NCBI GenBank assembly: GCA_964035545.1
Contig: OZ037765.1
Coordinates: 3,978,698-4,042,697 of the forward strand
DNA from: Bugula neritina
Lineage: Eukaryota; Animalia; Bryozoa
Reading direction: 5' to 3'
DNA length: 64,000 nt
This document shows, piece after piece, positions 1 through 13,889 of this stretch. The position numbers and the translations under genes are program-made. How positions within the stretch are numbered: the first letter of the stretch is position 1; the number at the start of each line of letters is the position of its first letter. The notes beneath the pieces were generated by a model. The model worked only from the letters and a program-made list of their open reading frames with translations, ran no database searches and was not told the origin of the DNA.

Positions 1-790
1 TACTATGAAGTATAGTACTAGTAGTAACACAATAACTTGTGGTTGTAGTTATACACCTACACTTACAGTGAGTGTAATATTAAGTCTAATAGTAATAGTC
101 ATAGCCCATGGGCATAGCCATCAGTATCACTATGTATTAGACTTAATCTGAAAATAACTAAAACTTAGTATTAGTAATAGTTTTATGGATTAGTCTAACA
201 CTAACGTGTATTGGACTGAAACTGAAAATGACTACAACTATCACTATTAGTATTAGACTAATCTATATTACTAATACTACTAATACATTTTCAGTTTCAA
301 TCCAATACATGTTAACATATAGCACTATTACCTATCACCTATGTTAATTTATGGCTGTATTACTATGTAATAGTAATAGTAATATATAGTATATGTAATA
401 ATTAATTATAATTATGATACAATAGAAAGTCTGCTTGAGCTGAACTTGGATGGTTTTTGTTTCATGTCTGATTTATAGTAAGTGAACGATTATTTATATG
501 CCTAGTCATTAGTCTTTTACTGAAAATAATATTAAATAATATAATATAGGTACATATAGTTAAATATATATAATACATAGTGATAATATATGAACTATCT
601 ACTTATCTATTTCTACAGTATATCATTCGGAGCACATTTGAAAATAACAAAGGGGCTGATAGGTTGCAGTGCTTTTACATTTAATGTAATTAGCTTTACT
701 TTTTTATTCGTGTTGAAAATCTTCATATGTTTTTCTAGGTTGGGTTATAAACTGAGACACTATTGTTAGTGGCTCTAATATTCTGGTGAA

Positions 791-3700
791 ATGGTGCTGC
801 TGAAGTTGCAAGTAGCTGTATTTGTGTTAGCAACTGTTGATGGTGAGTGACTTCTTGATTATTATTTTAGCTGCAGTTCAATAATTTCTAACTGTAGGTT
901 TGATTAATTGTGCAAATACATATTTTAATGTAGTTGACTGTATTCAGCACAGCATTCTATATATAAAAGCTGATGCTGATGTGAATACTTATGCCAAATA
1001 AACTGCCTTCAATGATAGCCTTACATCACTTACATCATAATTTTGCTGGTTGATAAGACATACAGCTGCCTGTTATAGACATTACTGCTAGTTCCCTATA
1101 ATACAAGAATGTCTCTAACTTCCTCTTACTATTCATTATGTTCTTGTTTGTTTAGTAAATGGCACACTTGATATACCCTTTGTTGAACGTATTTCAGCAT
1201 ACACTCAATCCTTTCATTTGCTAGCTGCAGTATTGTGAGCTGCTCCCTTCATATTGTGTAGTCAATAAAACTGCATTTGATAATTTATTCACTGGAACTA
1301 TTTTAGCAATCTTTTCTTTTTACTTCCCTCTTGAAGTTTCTTCGAGAAATCAGTTCTTTGTTATGGATTATATATGCACTCAAAATTTGAATTTTTTGTG
1401 AAGATGTTAAATGTATTTAATTGACCGCCATTCAAGTATGAGTATTTTTTCTAAGAATAGAGCTCAGTGAAAAGTATGTGATTTGTTAGTTAAATTTATT
1501 CTCACTATAAACAAGCAATTTTGTCATTTGCTATTTGCAGCAACAGTACTACTTCTCTCTTTAAATCTGTTCAAGAACCTAACCATTAAAAGCTTTCTAT
1601 TTAAATTTATTGAAGTAAGAATATTGTCACTTTGATAGCTTAGCCATGTTTGCTGAGAATAGTAGAAACTAGAGAGAAATCTCGATAACTGAATTTAGAG
1701 GTTGACTCCTCAACTTAGGAAAGTCCTTTAGTATTTTGAGTTTCTTAGCTTCTTTGTTGTAAATCCAGGGTAATAATATATTACCATCAGTAAACTAAGA
1801 TCTCCCACACTCTTGTTTTTTGTTTGTCTGGAGAATTCTTATGGAGAAGCATTGTCTATTTGTATTTTTACTATGTTTTATGTTAAACAAAACTTTACCT
1901 TATTGTTCCAATTTTTAGCTTTAACCTGTGACTGGACATCAGGTGTGGGTAGACTAGATCCTTACATAACATCTGGTAGTATAAAGACTCTCTCTGTAAC
2001 CAGTGAAGATGAGTGTAGAGCTCAGTGTATGCAGCAGACATCATTTATATGTGCCTCAATAAACTACAGAGCTGATGATGGAGACTGTCAACTGTTAGCA
2101 GAGAATACTCAGACTGCTACTATTAGTAGTTCTGATAGTCTGTGGAGATACTCTGTTAGACCAGACTGCGCTGGTGAGTATAGAATAATATTGAAGTTTA
2201 GATGAAAGTGCAGACTAGTTATATACTAGACTATTACTCTAAATTCTAAAATTTAATCGATGAGCTCCCAATCTCCAGTGATCTGGGTACAACGGAAAAT
2301 TTTGAGGGGAATTCTCTGTTCATTCACAATAATTATTATTCATGTTTTCTCAATAATTTGTATATAATTTACTATACCATGCACATTAACACCATAATAT
2401 TACACATTGACTTGGAGGTGGTACTTGAAACTTTAGTGTGATTGAAGAAGGTACATAGGCTAAATAGTTTTAGAACCAGTGCTTTAGATGGTGAAAAAGG
2501 AATTGTGGGTAATTAATATTTTACTAGTATATAATTTCTATGATTTCCTCAATTTTTTTAAAGTTTAAGTTATTTTCTGTCATTGCCACAGAGTAGGCTA
2601 AATGAGTTATTATATACTGCACATAATATGTTGCTTTGTTTTCTAATTTAACTGGCTAAAGCTAGAGTTGAAATTATAAATAGAAATAACTTTTATCTGA
2701 TGCAGTATAATATGCAGTCCGGAAAGTTGTGAAATATACGCAGTGTATAAGATATTTTATGCAAATGCAATGGGAAATTGGTTCTAACAAATGTGAGACA
2801 GGCCTATGTCTAACTTTAAGGAAAGGCAACCATAAAATTCACAGCAAGTTTTTGCACTAGTTGAAGAGTAATTACTAGTAATTGATTTTTTTTCATCTTT
2901 GCTTATCTATTTGTAAGTGTAATTCTTCCCTTGTTTTTCTTCTGTTCTGTGACACCAAGCATCTAACAAGCAATTATTATTTGTTCTGGAAGTTTCCTAA
3001 CAATTTACAATGATTAGCTCCAAGAATGTGCCAAGTGAAAGCCTGTTTTCAAATTTGTTTGTTGGAGCCTCACGTTCTGTAAAACTTGAATATTAAAGTT
3101 CTTATTTGACAACTTCGTCTAACATTTGCCCAATTTTGGAGACTTTGCTTCATTAATATTTTCTCACCAGGTGTATTCTTTAAATATAAGAGTTTGCATG
3201 GTGGTTGCAAGCTCCTGCAGTTGTGTAATTTACTTTTACTAATTATGTTTTTAGTCACTGTAAGCTTACATATTGTATTTTTCACAGGAATATGGCAGCC
3301 ATGGACAGCTACTAGAGGTTACTATCTAAACATTGGAGTACAGAAGTACAACCAGAAAAGTACATCAGACCTCAGAGACTGTATGAGTTTCTGTTTACAA
3401 GATGAAGACATCAGTTATAACTGTAGTTCTATAGTGAAGTCAGTGAGTGGAGATCAATGTGAGATTATCAACAAGAGATCAGATGATGCTGGAGTGACAT
3501 CAGATCAGCATACAGACTACCAGTACTTTAACCTCCCTCTCTGGTATTCAGGTATGTGCAAATATTTTTGATATTTGATTTGTTTAGGAGCTATATTTAA
3601 CTAATACTTTATGTTATTAACATCAAAGCAATTTAAATTTTCCTTCTTTCAATATAACTAATGAAGCTGCACATGTATCGTTCAATAGAAATTTATATAT

Positions 3701-6700
3701 ATCTAGTATGTCGAGAATACAAGAGGAGGGGTTATGGCCCTTCGCATCATAAAATTAAATAGAGTAGTGTGTGAATTCTACTACTAGATAGACTAACCAT
3801 ATGTGAAAAGTCTAAGTCACAGAATGTATTATTGTAAAGTATTATTTTATCACAACAGCTGAAATTGAAACTCTAATATTTACCTTTACAATATTTGATA
3901 TATGTTATTTGGAACTTCACTTTTAGTAGAGTTATTTATTAGCTAAGAAGAGATCATATTCTGTTTTAATTTATGGAAAGTTAGGTTTGTATGTGACGTG
4001 AAAATACTTCACGAGACTAGTCACCTTGAATACATGGTCAGAGATTCTCTGATATAGCATCTGCTTTTCTTTCTGTCTAGTTTTATATTCATTATATTTT
4101 AATATTTTATTCTAGTTTTTGTTCTTCAGATAACTCTGACAGTACAACCAACACAGAGATAAAAAATTATGGATCAGCTGGAACTGCTTTCATATTACTC
4201 TTCAACTACAAGATAGAAGCAGACGGATATTTAGTTGGCTGGAAGTATATGATTGGTCATTCTACTGACTACTGTGACTCATACGCTGCTATCTGGAGAC
4301 AGACAGGAGAAGGTAACTCTGCTGTATTCAATCTGATTACAGAAACTTTACTCACACCTGAAGATACATCTACAGGAGGAATCAGATTTCAGTTTGTACA
4401 GAACTCCACAGAAGTAGTTAGAAAAGGAGACTTTCTTGCTCTGTATGTAGAAGACTTGAGTAAGTCTGGTTGTAGGGGTAACCTCGTCTCATTTATACCA
4501 AGTAGGTCAGGAGATCCTCCTGCATATATACGTAGTAGGAATCCTAACAGAGACAGAGTAGACAGACTCACACCTTCAGATGTTTTCACACAAACTCGAG
4601 GAGTAGCACTGAGAGTCTACATAGCAGGTAATTATATTCCGCTGATGTAATGAGCTGTTGTGCGTTGACTAATAACTACTGCACAGCTGTAGCTGTTTTT
4701 AGTCTGTTTTGATGTAAATTTTGCTCACAATTGACCATCTCTCAGCTACTTGTGCTCATTATTTGTAATCAGCAGCTGGGTATGGAGATTATTTCATTGC
4801 AGCTGTTTAAATGCGGATTAATCTTGTGCTTCCAGGCCTGGAAGTGCGACCCAAAATGAGTAACAAGCTGTAGACTACAGTGAATTGATAGCGAATGCTG
4901 CCACTTGTTCTCTCTAGTATATAGTATACGGTTTTGATGAATATCACAGCTATTCATACTCGGCAGCTGTTGGGATCATATCACAATTGCTATTATAACA
5001 TACTTTTCTGTACACAATGTTATTTTTCTGTCGGAGGAAAGCAGTAATCAAAGTTTAGTTGATAGAGCTTTAAGTTTTTTATTTACACTGAAAGTTGATG
5101 TGGTTAAAAGGTTCCTACTTCCAGCTGCATTTTCAAACTGCTTGAAACCAAAACTCCAAGTCTTCCAATTGCAAGCAAACCAAGTGTTTATAGCAGTTAG
5201 AAACACTTTATATTTATTTGTAAATACTTGTATTATTTATCTAATTACACTCAGTAGTTTTGTGTTTCTTATGAGTTCTGATTTTGTTTGATGCCTTTGC
5301 AGTAATTCTTCTTACAAAACCTGTTGACCCATAGAGGCTCATTTTTTCTGTGCGTTATGAGTCACTAAAGATTTATGATATGCTTGCTTATTCAGTTATT
5401 TATTGAGTTTTGCTTTTATTCTATCCATATTTAAATGTCGGTCCAAAGCTGTATCATTTTACATAAACTAGTAGTCTACGCATTATCTTTTTAATATTTT
5501 CTGCCATATTGTAGCTTTTTAATATAGTGTTTGCAAAAAGATGTTTTTAATTACTCGTCCTGTAAACATACTTCCTAGGAAAATTTTAAGTTGTTGGTGC
5601 CAGAGTTGGCCATTTCTTCTCAAAGGTGTGTAAAAAAAAACTGCCCGAAAAAAATTCTGTTCAATTCAAATTTAAATATGTATTTTTTTTTTCAAGTTTG
5701 CCATATAAAATACTTGTAAGCGTGGAGAATAGTCAGCTGTTCACTACTCTAAATGTTGACAGGAAATTTATTTCTAGTAGTACTTGCAACAATTTCTAGT
5801 ATTTAATATCAGTTCACTTAGATTTTAGGAAAAATAGAAATTGTACTAGCTTTTTAGTGGTATATCTTGAAAGTTATTTAGTTTTAAATGAAAGTTTGGA
5901 ATGAAGTCAAAATATTTTTATTGTTTGAGAAATCTGAAATCACAATGAATGTATAACTCTAAAACATGGGAGATTATTATTCACAGTTATTTTATATGTT
6001 TTAGAAATTCTAAAGCTGTCTGGAGACCCAGTATCTTCTCACACAGATGTGTCACCAGGAGAAGTAAGAATTACATGGGAATTCCCAGCTACTGTACCCA
6101 ATCAGGAGCTCACAACTACTCATTTTAAAATAGAATGTTCAGACAACTCCAACTTCAACACAATAATAAGCTCTAAATTAGTTTCTATAGACTCCAGAGA
6201 GACTGTGATTAGTAATCTGAATATACAACAACCTTATTATGCTAGAGTATCTACTGTGAGGAATTATAATGGTGAAGAGTTAATACAAGATGTCTCTACA
6301 ATCAGCTCTCTATTCTGTGCAGGTATGAGTATTTGTCGAAAAATGTATAAAATATAACTGGCTATAATGTATTGTCCACAATTCAAGTTAATTAGGGTAC
6401 TTGATTTGCTAAAGTTATTGATTCGACTCAACTTGATTTGAAAAATTGGATTTCAACTTAGCTCTGACTTTTAGTCATTAATATATCCTGAATTATGTTC
6501 CCTGTATCTCAAATTTTAGTTTCTGTTACATCTACTAATACTATGGTGATACTCTATATTATTCTATTGAGATCATATTATAACTAACTAATTATGTAAC
6601 TATATTCCCGTATGTCATAGAAAGAGGTAAATTAACACCTGGAGATGTTATCATAACAGAAAGTGAAATTCTGAAACCAGAAGAAGATAGAATGTTTACT

Positions 6701-9700
6701 GTGTCTGTACCTTCACTAGTAAGTTTATATTTTTATCTTTTTATTTATATTTTGCTTAGGAATATAATATATTAATGTAGAAAGATATTTTGAGTAGTGT
6801 TGCTAGTACTTATGAATACAGAGTAGGAATAGAACCTGTATTTATCTGGTAGGTCTGTTCTACACCAGCTTTCCTGTTCATAGTTTATTTACATCAATAT
6901 TGAATATACTCAGCAGTAAACTTCTGCTAAATTAATTAATTAACTTAATTATTTAAACTTATTCACTTGTAACAGGAAGCTGATGACTGTGTATCCAGTG
7001 TTACATTAACTTATGGAAGTGGACAATTATCCAATCAGATAAAGACAGGACCATGGACTTTCACTAAACAGCAAGGTGTGACCTTTGAACTGGTTATTAA
7101 AGTAGTACTACTAGATGGACATGAGAATATAATATGGCAAGAAGGATACACAACTAGTAAAGGTGAGTAGAAGTTGTTATTTCAAGTATGTATAGTGTCA
7201 TGTGGAGATAACTCTACTTTTGTTGATTACCTATATTGTGTGTGTGTTTCTTGTATTAGGAAGATGTGGGCCATATTACTCTGTTCTGTGCTGATAGGGG
7301 GGGGGGGACAAACCCTGTAACAGCTGCTGTACACTAACATACTATATTTGTAGCACCCAACTCACCAGAAGGGCTGACGGTTGACACCAGAACTTCTACT
7401 TCAGTTACCATCTCCTGGTCTTCAGTAGATTATTCAGATAAGATCTACTCTATTCAACAGTATCAGGTGGGTGCTAGAGCATGATAGGTAGTCAGCTTTT
7501 TAATTTGCTGTCAAATGTAACGTCAGGTTTTAAATTCATGGAATATCATTAGATTGTAGTGGAACTATCAATACAATGCTAAAGATATTTAAAACATAGG
7601 TCAAAGTAACTGGCTATTTTTATATGTAATCTTTAACATAAGCTATTATTATGGAATCCAATTTTTTACAGAATGTAGATTCTTTCTAAATCTTTCAATA
7701 TGAGTAAGAATTTCGTAGTTTATGGGTTGTATCATACACGTGCCCCTGCAAGTTACCAGGCATCTAATATTTCCTTATTAAAATTGAGTTGTGTTGAATT
7801 ACAAGGCTGCTGTCACATTTATATCATTAATATCTCTAGTTATATAACCAATAATTACTGACCATATTTATTGCAGTTTTGACACCTAGAATAAAAAATT
7901 GTTACAAAATCTATATTTTTCTTACAATTAGATTTTACTGCAGGTTCTTTTTTTCCTTTTTCTTATAGGTTGAACTTACAATTATGCAAAGGCCAGAAGT
8001 TAAATTCAGCTTTTAAACTTCGGTTTTAGATGCCAAGTTAACTTACTAAACTTTGTGGGGGCGTGGCTCTATGCTCCATAACTTACCTGCATATTACCTT
8101 GTTTAACCTGATAATCACCTCTGCAGCATTGTACACAATATTCGGCGTAGTTCACTCTGTATTATATGCTCATTATTATAATTAAGGGCGTTAAGTATCA
8201 GCTTGCTGGTGGCTGAATCCCTCTATGATATTTATTTAGATAAAATGTTACAAGAAAGGGCATCTTGATATATTTTAGAGTAAAAGTTGTGCTGATAATT
8301 TTGTGAAAATTACCAGGCGTATACTACTTTATTTAACATCATAATTTCCCATGCAAGTTGTGCTCCTGGTTTACTAGTCCTCGTTCATTCCTTACACAGT
8401 AATATATCCTTGGCATTCCCATTATTTTTAGATTATTCTCCTGCGATAAGAATGTGCTTTTTCCTATTCAAATTTGTTTAAGGAGGGTATCTCCCTATAT
8501 AAAGATATTTGATACAAAAATTGGAATGATATTTGCTTTATATAATACTGTTGTAATGTACAATCACCGGTTACAGGTAACATGCATCACAACCAACAAC
8601 ACCTTTAATGATAGCACGACAGTAAACTCAGTGAGTTACTATAACACACCTGACTCTTCTACCACCTCTCTAACTATAGAATCACTCTATAGTCAAGTAG
8701 AATACAACTGTACAGTTAAAGCTCTTCTGTCTGAAAATGAGTTTGGAGAAAGTTCTAGAGAAGTTGTGTTCTGGACTAAACCTGAAGGTAGGTAACTTTA
8801 AAGCCACAAAACTTTGGAAAGATTTCAATGCAGTTTTTAACTTTTGGCCCAACATATTTCGGTTTTGACAGCCAGTGTTAGAAACCGATTTTTTAGCAAG
8901 AGCTGCAAAAACATTTCAATGCAGTTTATTTTAACTTTTGGCCCAATACATATGGGTTTTGATAGCTAGTGTTAAAAACATATTCAATAGTCTGCAAAAG
9001 CTTTAGTTAGTTGGGAGAAGATGTCATTAGTTATCAATATAACCAATAAACAATAATTATGTTATTTTAGAGCCAGTGTTGACATACAGCAATGACACTG
9101 ACATAGCCACCCCAACAGAGGAAACCATTACAGTACCTCTACCAAACATCACTTCATCTGGATATGACTCCATGGTTATTGTTGTTGAAAAGTTGTCATC
9201 CAGGAAAAAGAGATCCATTACTGTAGATAGCATAGACAATGTGACTGTTTATATAACAGCATCATTTCCTGTTACCAACTACTCATCCTCACTTAGTGTT
9301 GGTGATAACCAGACATATGGTGGATACTGGAACAGACCTCTAGGCAACCAATACTCATATCACATTGCTGTTGGATTCAAGGCTAAGACTGAAGATGATG
9401 TTTTAAAGCTTACCACTATTCCTGGTGCAGAGTCTGTAAGATGTAAGTGTGTGGCTAAGCATGATGCTCGACTTTCATTTTGTGTTCAGATTTTTAGTTG
9501 CGGTTTCAGTTGAATTAGAGATCAGTTTGCTCACTTGTCTCTGTATATTGAGAAAGCATGAAGAGATCATTTACTCATATACAGTGACAGGAGCTCCTCC
9601 TAGCGATAGAACTACTGTAGCAGCAACACAGGAACCGAGGAGCATGCAGAGAGGAATTATTGGGGGTGTCGTAGGAGGACTGACAGCCCTGGTTATAGTG

Positions 9701-12700
9701 GTGGTGGTAGTGGTTGTAGTTATGAAGAGACGTAAGAAGTAAGCAAATTGTATGTGTAGAACTGTTTCTGTTAATAACGTAATAATATGTTGAATATATA
9801 TTAGTATCTGTTACATTTTAGCTCGGGTTCTGAAGATCCTAAACCCTCCTCACCTTCTCACCTCCGCCGACCTCTCTCGGAGAAACCTGGCAGTAAGTAA
9901 TACTATAGTTATTCTGTGTAGCTTTGTGGATACACTTCAGATTGTAAAGGGCTTGTTTTTGATTATAATAGGACTATACGAGTATCTACATGGTAACCCA
10001 CGAAGCCATCGGAAAACTCGAATCGAATGACTGAATGTCATTGATAGTTCTTGGTTACCATTGCAGCTATTTTTATACTATACCTCTGCATTATTAAAGC
10101 TGATGAGTCACGTGAAAATAATTGAAATTTAAAAAATGATTAAATATTTCTAAACATGGAACAGTAATTTAGTTTAAAATTTTTCTTTTTGTTTGTTGAC
10201 AAATTGTTACGGCAGTTTTAGACGACTTATCAAAAAGAAATCTTTTAGCATCTACAGCTTTATAATATACAGTTTACAGTAGTTTTCTCTTCTTAAAAGC
10301 TGAATTAACAAGTCAATATGCAGCAACTGGGAAAAGTTAAATGAGGATTTTCATTGAATGATTATCTTAACTGTTTATAGCTTTTTACGAAAGTAGAATC
10401 ACGATTTATAAACTTGTTTTGAATTCTTTTGTTCTCAGGATTTACGATTGTACACCATTATTGTATGTTTATCTGTCCTATAGAAGCCCCTAAGCCTGTA
10501 GGTAGTACTGCACCTTCTTCTACAGTACCTGAAGCTACGACCCTTGTCAGGGAGAATAACAGTGCTGAGGGGTCACATGGTCAACATACAGACAACACGT
10601 ATGAGAATACAGCTAAACTAAGTCCAGCTGCATCACGGCCTCTGCTTATTCCACAACTTCACTCAATTATCAGTGCGGAAATCAGCACCTTCCAGAAAGA
10701 CTCTTTCAAAGAAGAGTTTTTGGTTAGTTTTTAGAATTTTTGAACTTATAATCTCTTAATATATAATTTATGGTGTCCGATAAAAATTGCACAGGAAAAA
10801 AGGGCACAGGTGGCAAAGTAGGTAAAACTGGCGCATTTTCAATATCAAACTCAGGGCTTTAGAATGGGGGTTCGTGCTATGAATTGGGGGTTTGGGGTTG
10901 TAGGATTAGGGTTTGAGGTTTGAGAAAATTGAACATCAGTGTGCCAACGTTACCTACTTTCCATTTGTGCCATTATTATCTAAAGTGATATTTTAGGGCT
11001 AGATAGTTTGTATTAAGGCCTGGCCTCACGCCCATGATAATCACACAAAATTCGTGTGAATATTTTTGTGAGTTATCCTCTCGTTGTGACCAGCCACACA
11101 CTCGTCGGACAAAACACATAATAAATAGTCCGCGAATGAGTCTTGCACGAGATACAAACAGCAGAAAATTGCTAGACACAGAAACGTTGTAAAAATGAAG
11201 TAATCACTGTTGTTGAAGTTTTTTAACCAATCAAATGGTGCTCATAGTCAATTGCGATTTTTTGTCCATTGTTTTCGATGGGCGCACCCAGCGAACAAGA
11301 TTTCGTTTGAATTCCCTGAAATTTGATCGTAAGTTTATGTTTTCGTGTCAAGTAGATGATTTCGTGTGATTCTCACAAGTGTGTGGCCAGGCCCTACTTT
11401 ACTCATTAGTTAGCAGAACCTGTAGCTGATGGATGGCATAACTTAGTTAATTATCTTCCAATAAAATTGAATATTTTCAGCTAATCAAAGCTCCTGCTCT
11501 GCCTTGTAAAGTTGGCCGGCTGCCAGAAAATGCAAAGAGAAACAGATTCAAGAATATCATTGCAGGTAACATTTGGAGAAGAAAAGCTGTAATATTCAGA
11601 GTAGAAAACCGTTTATTCCTAAAATTCTGAAAGTTTAGTTTAATTTGTGAGTTTCTAAAGAATTTTTGTGCATACAAATGTGAAGGTCATGTGAAGGTGA
11701 CATGCTGGGTTAACAGTCATTTGCACAATGACATCATAGTATCCAAATACTATCTATTAGTAGTAAAGTATATATTTCATACTTGTAATATAGTATGTAT
11801 TTAATACTTGTAATATACTATATATTTCATACTTGTAATATACTACATATTTTATACTTGTAATATACTACATATTTCATACTTGTAATATACTATATAT
11901 TTCATACTTGTGATATACTATATATTTCATACTTGTAATACACTGTATATTTCATACTTATAATATACTATATGTTTCATACTTGTTATATACTATATAT
12001 TTCATACTTGTAGTATTGTAATATTTTTAGCCGATGAAACTCGAGTAAAGCTGAAGGTGGATGAGTATGACTCAGACTATGCCAATGCCAACTACATTCA
12101 AGTACGTTACTATTCATTAGATACTCTTTCCAGCATTTGTTGAAACACCCTTTGTTTTTTTAACAGCAACTGAAGCGCATTTGCTACATGAAATTTTTCT
12201 TATTTATATTTTCTCAAATGTCTCAAAATTGTACTTTAGTAAAAATCTGCAAACATTTAGCTTGGAACTCAATTCAATTCATTGTCTTTCCTAGTTATTA
12301 ATAATTTGCCATTTTTATTCAATTTTATTTATTTATTATTAGTAATACTAATCATATATAATCTTTATCAGGCTATCATTCTGAACTATATATTTTAGGA
12401 TTATCATGGGCGTCAAAGGTTCATTGCCTGTCAAGGTACTCATTACAATTACCACTACTATGTATCTTTTATGTCTTACATATGTGCGTGCGCGTGTTGA
12501 TGTACATATAATATGATAGTTATGGCTTATAGATACATATAATTTTCATATGACTAAAATACTTATTGTTGTGATTTTGTTTACTGTTTGTTGTTGAGAT
12601 TATCATATGATTGATATTTTGTTACAGCTGCTCACCTGTTACTAAAAAGTGTCCAATGGTAAAGCTGTATTCATGTTTCCTTGTTGTTACCAGTGCTGCT

Positions 12701-13646
12701 ATTGGTTACTATTTATTAGATTGCTAGTTGGTCTGCTATCCTCTGTGCAGTTACTATACTCTCTTACTGTGTTAATAATCCAACAATTAATATTAAGAGA
12801 TTTCAACTGAGACATCAATGTGACTATGATCTCTATTATTCCTGTTTTTGATATTTTCAGTGAATTTAGTATGTTGTGTATGTGTCTACTTGTTTGGGGT
12901 ACATTCAACTAGCACACTTGCCTTGTACATTCCAGTGGTTAGCCATGTATGTAATGCTTTTGTGTATCTCCTGACTTGGTGTAATGTAGTTCAGTGTTCA
13001 TGAAAAATAATATACTTTTCTTCAGAAAAGTATGTTATTTTTAGAATTAAATGTTGCAATGATTTATTAGTGATTATTACCTTTTAACTATCTGATTATC
13101 ATCAGCAATAAGTTGTATACAAAATTACCGCATCTTATCTAGTCATAACTAGTCTCTCTCTTGTGTAAGGTGAGAGCTCCTAACAGCTTTCACTGATCAT
13201 AAAATGCTTAGAAATCAATTCGATAAACCTGGACTTTATTCAAGTGATTTTACTTAAAATAATTTAAGATATTCCTAATATATTGCAGGACCAAATGATG
13301 CGACCCTGGAAGACATGTGGAGACTAATCCATGACTCCGGTACTTCCACTATAGTGATGCTGACTAACCCAGTAGAGGCGACAAAGGTTGGACTTCCTGT
13401 ACAGTCTGCTCTGTGTTTTGTGAATTTATCAACAGTTAGTTGTTGGTAATTGTATGTCTCGTATTTGTAGAAAAAGTGTTCAGTTTACTGGCCTGACAGC
13501 AGCCAAGTTGGTGTGACCTTTGGAAAGTTCAAGGTCACTCTGATAGAGGAACAGATGTTTGCCGAATATGTAGTAAGAAAACTTAAGTATACTTTCAATA
13601 AGGTGAGTCAGACTACTACTACTAGTAGTACTGCTACTACTACTAG

Positions 13647-13730
<84 letters not shown>

Positions 13731-13753
13731 CACTACTACTACCACTACCACTG

Positions 13754-13785
<32 letters not shown>

Positions 13786-13831
13786 GCTGCTACTACTGCT
13801 ACTACTACTATTACTAGTACTACCACTGCTG

Positions 13832-13889
<58 letters not shown>

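Noticed and set aside
1-20. The window starts exactly at the position homologous to the gypsy 1 insertion junction
   Set aside because: The upstream sequence is not visible, so I cannot tell coincidence from a further insertion or contig break; check the flanking window.
10855-10925. TTAGGG-like telomeric sequence
   Set aside because: Short, degenerate and internal to an inverted-repeat element present in all three copies.
12600-12910. Small ORFs recurring in intron 16 of all copies (and similar ones within the intron 13 MITE)
   Set aside because: Recurrence reflects the recent tandem duplication; frames break between copies and no domain is recognisable.
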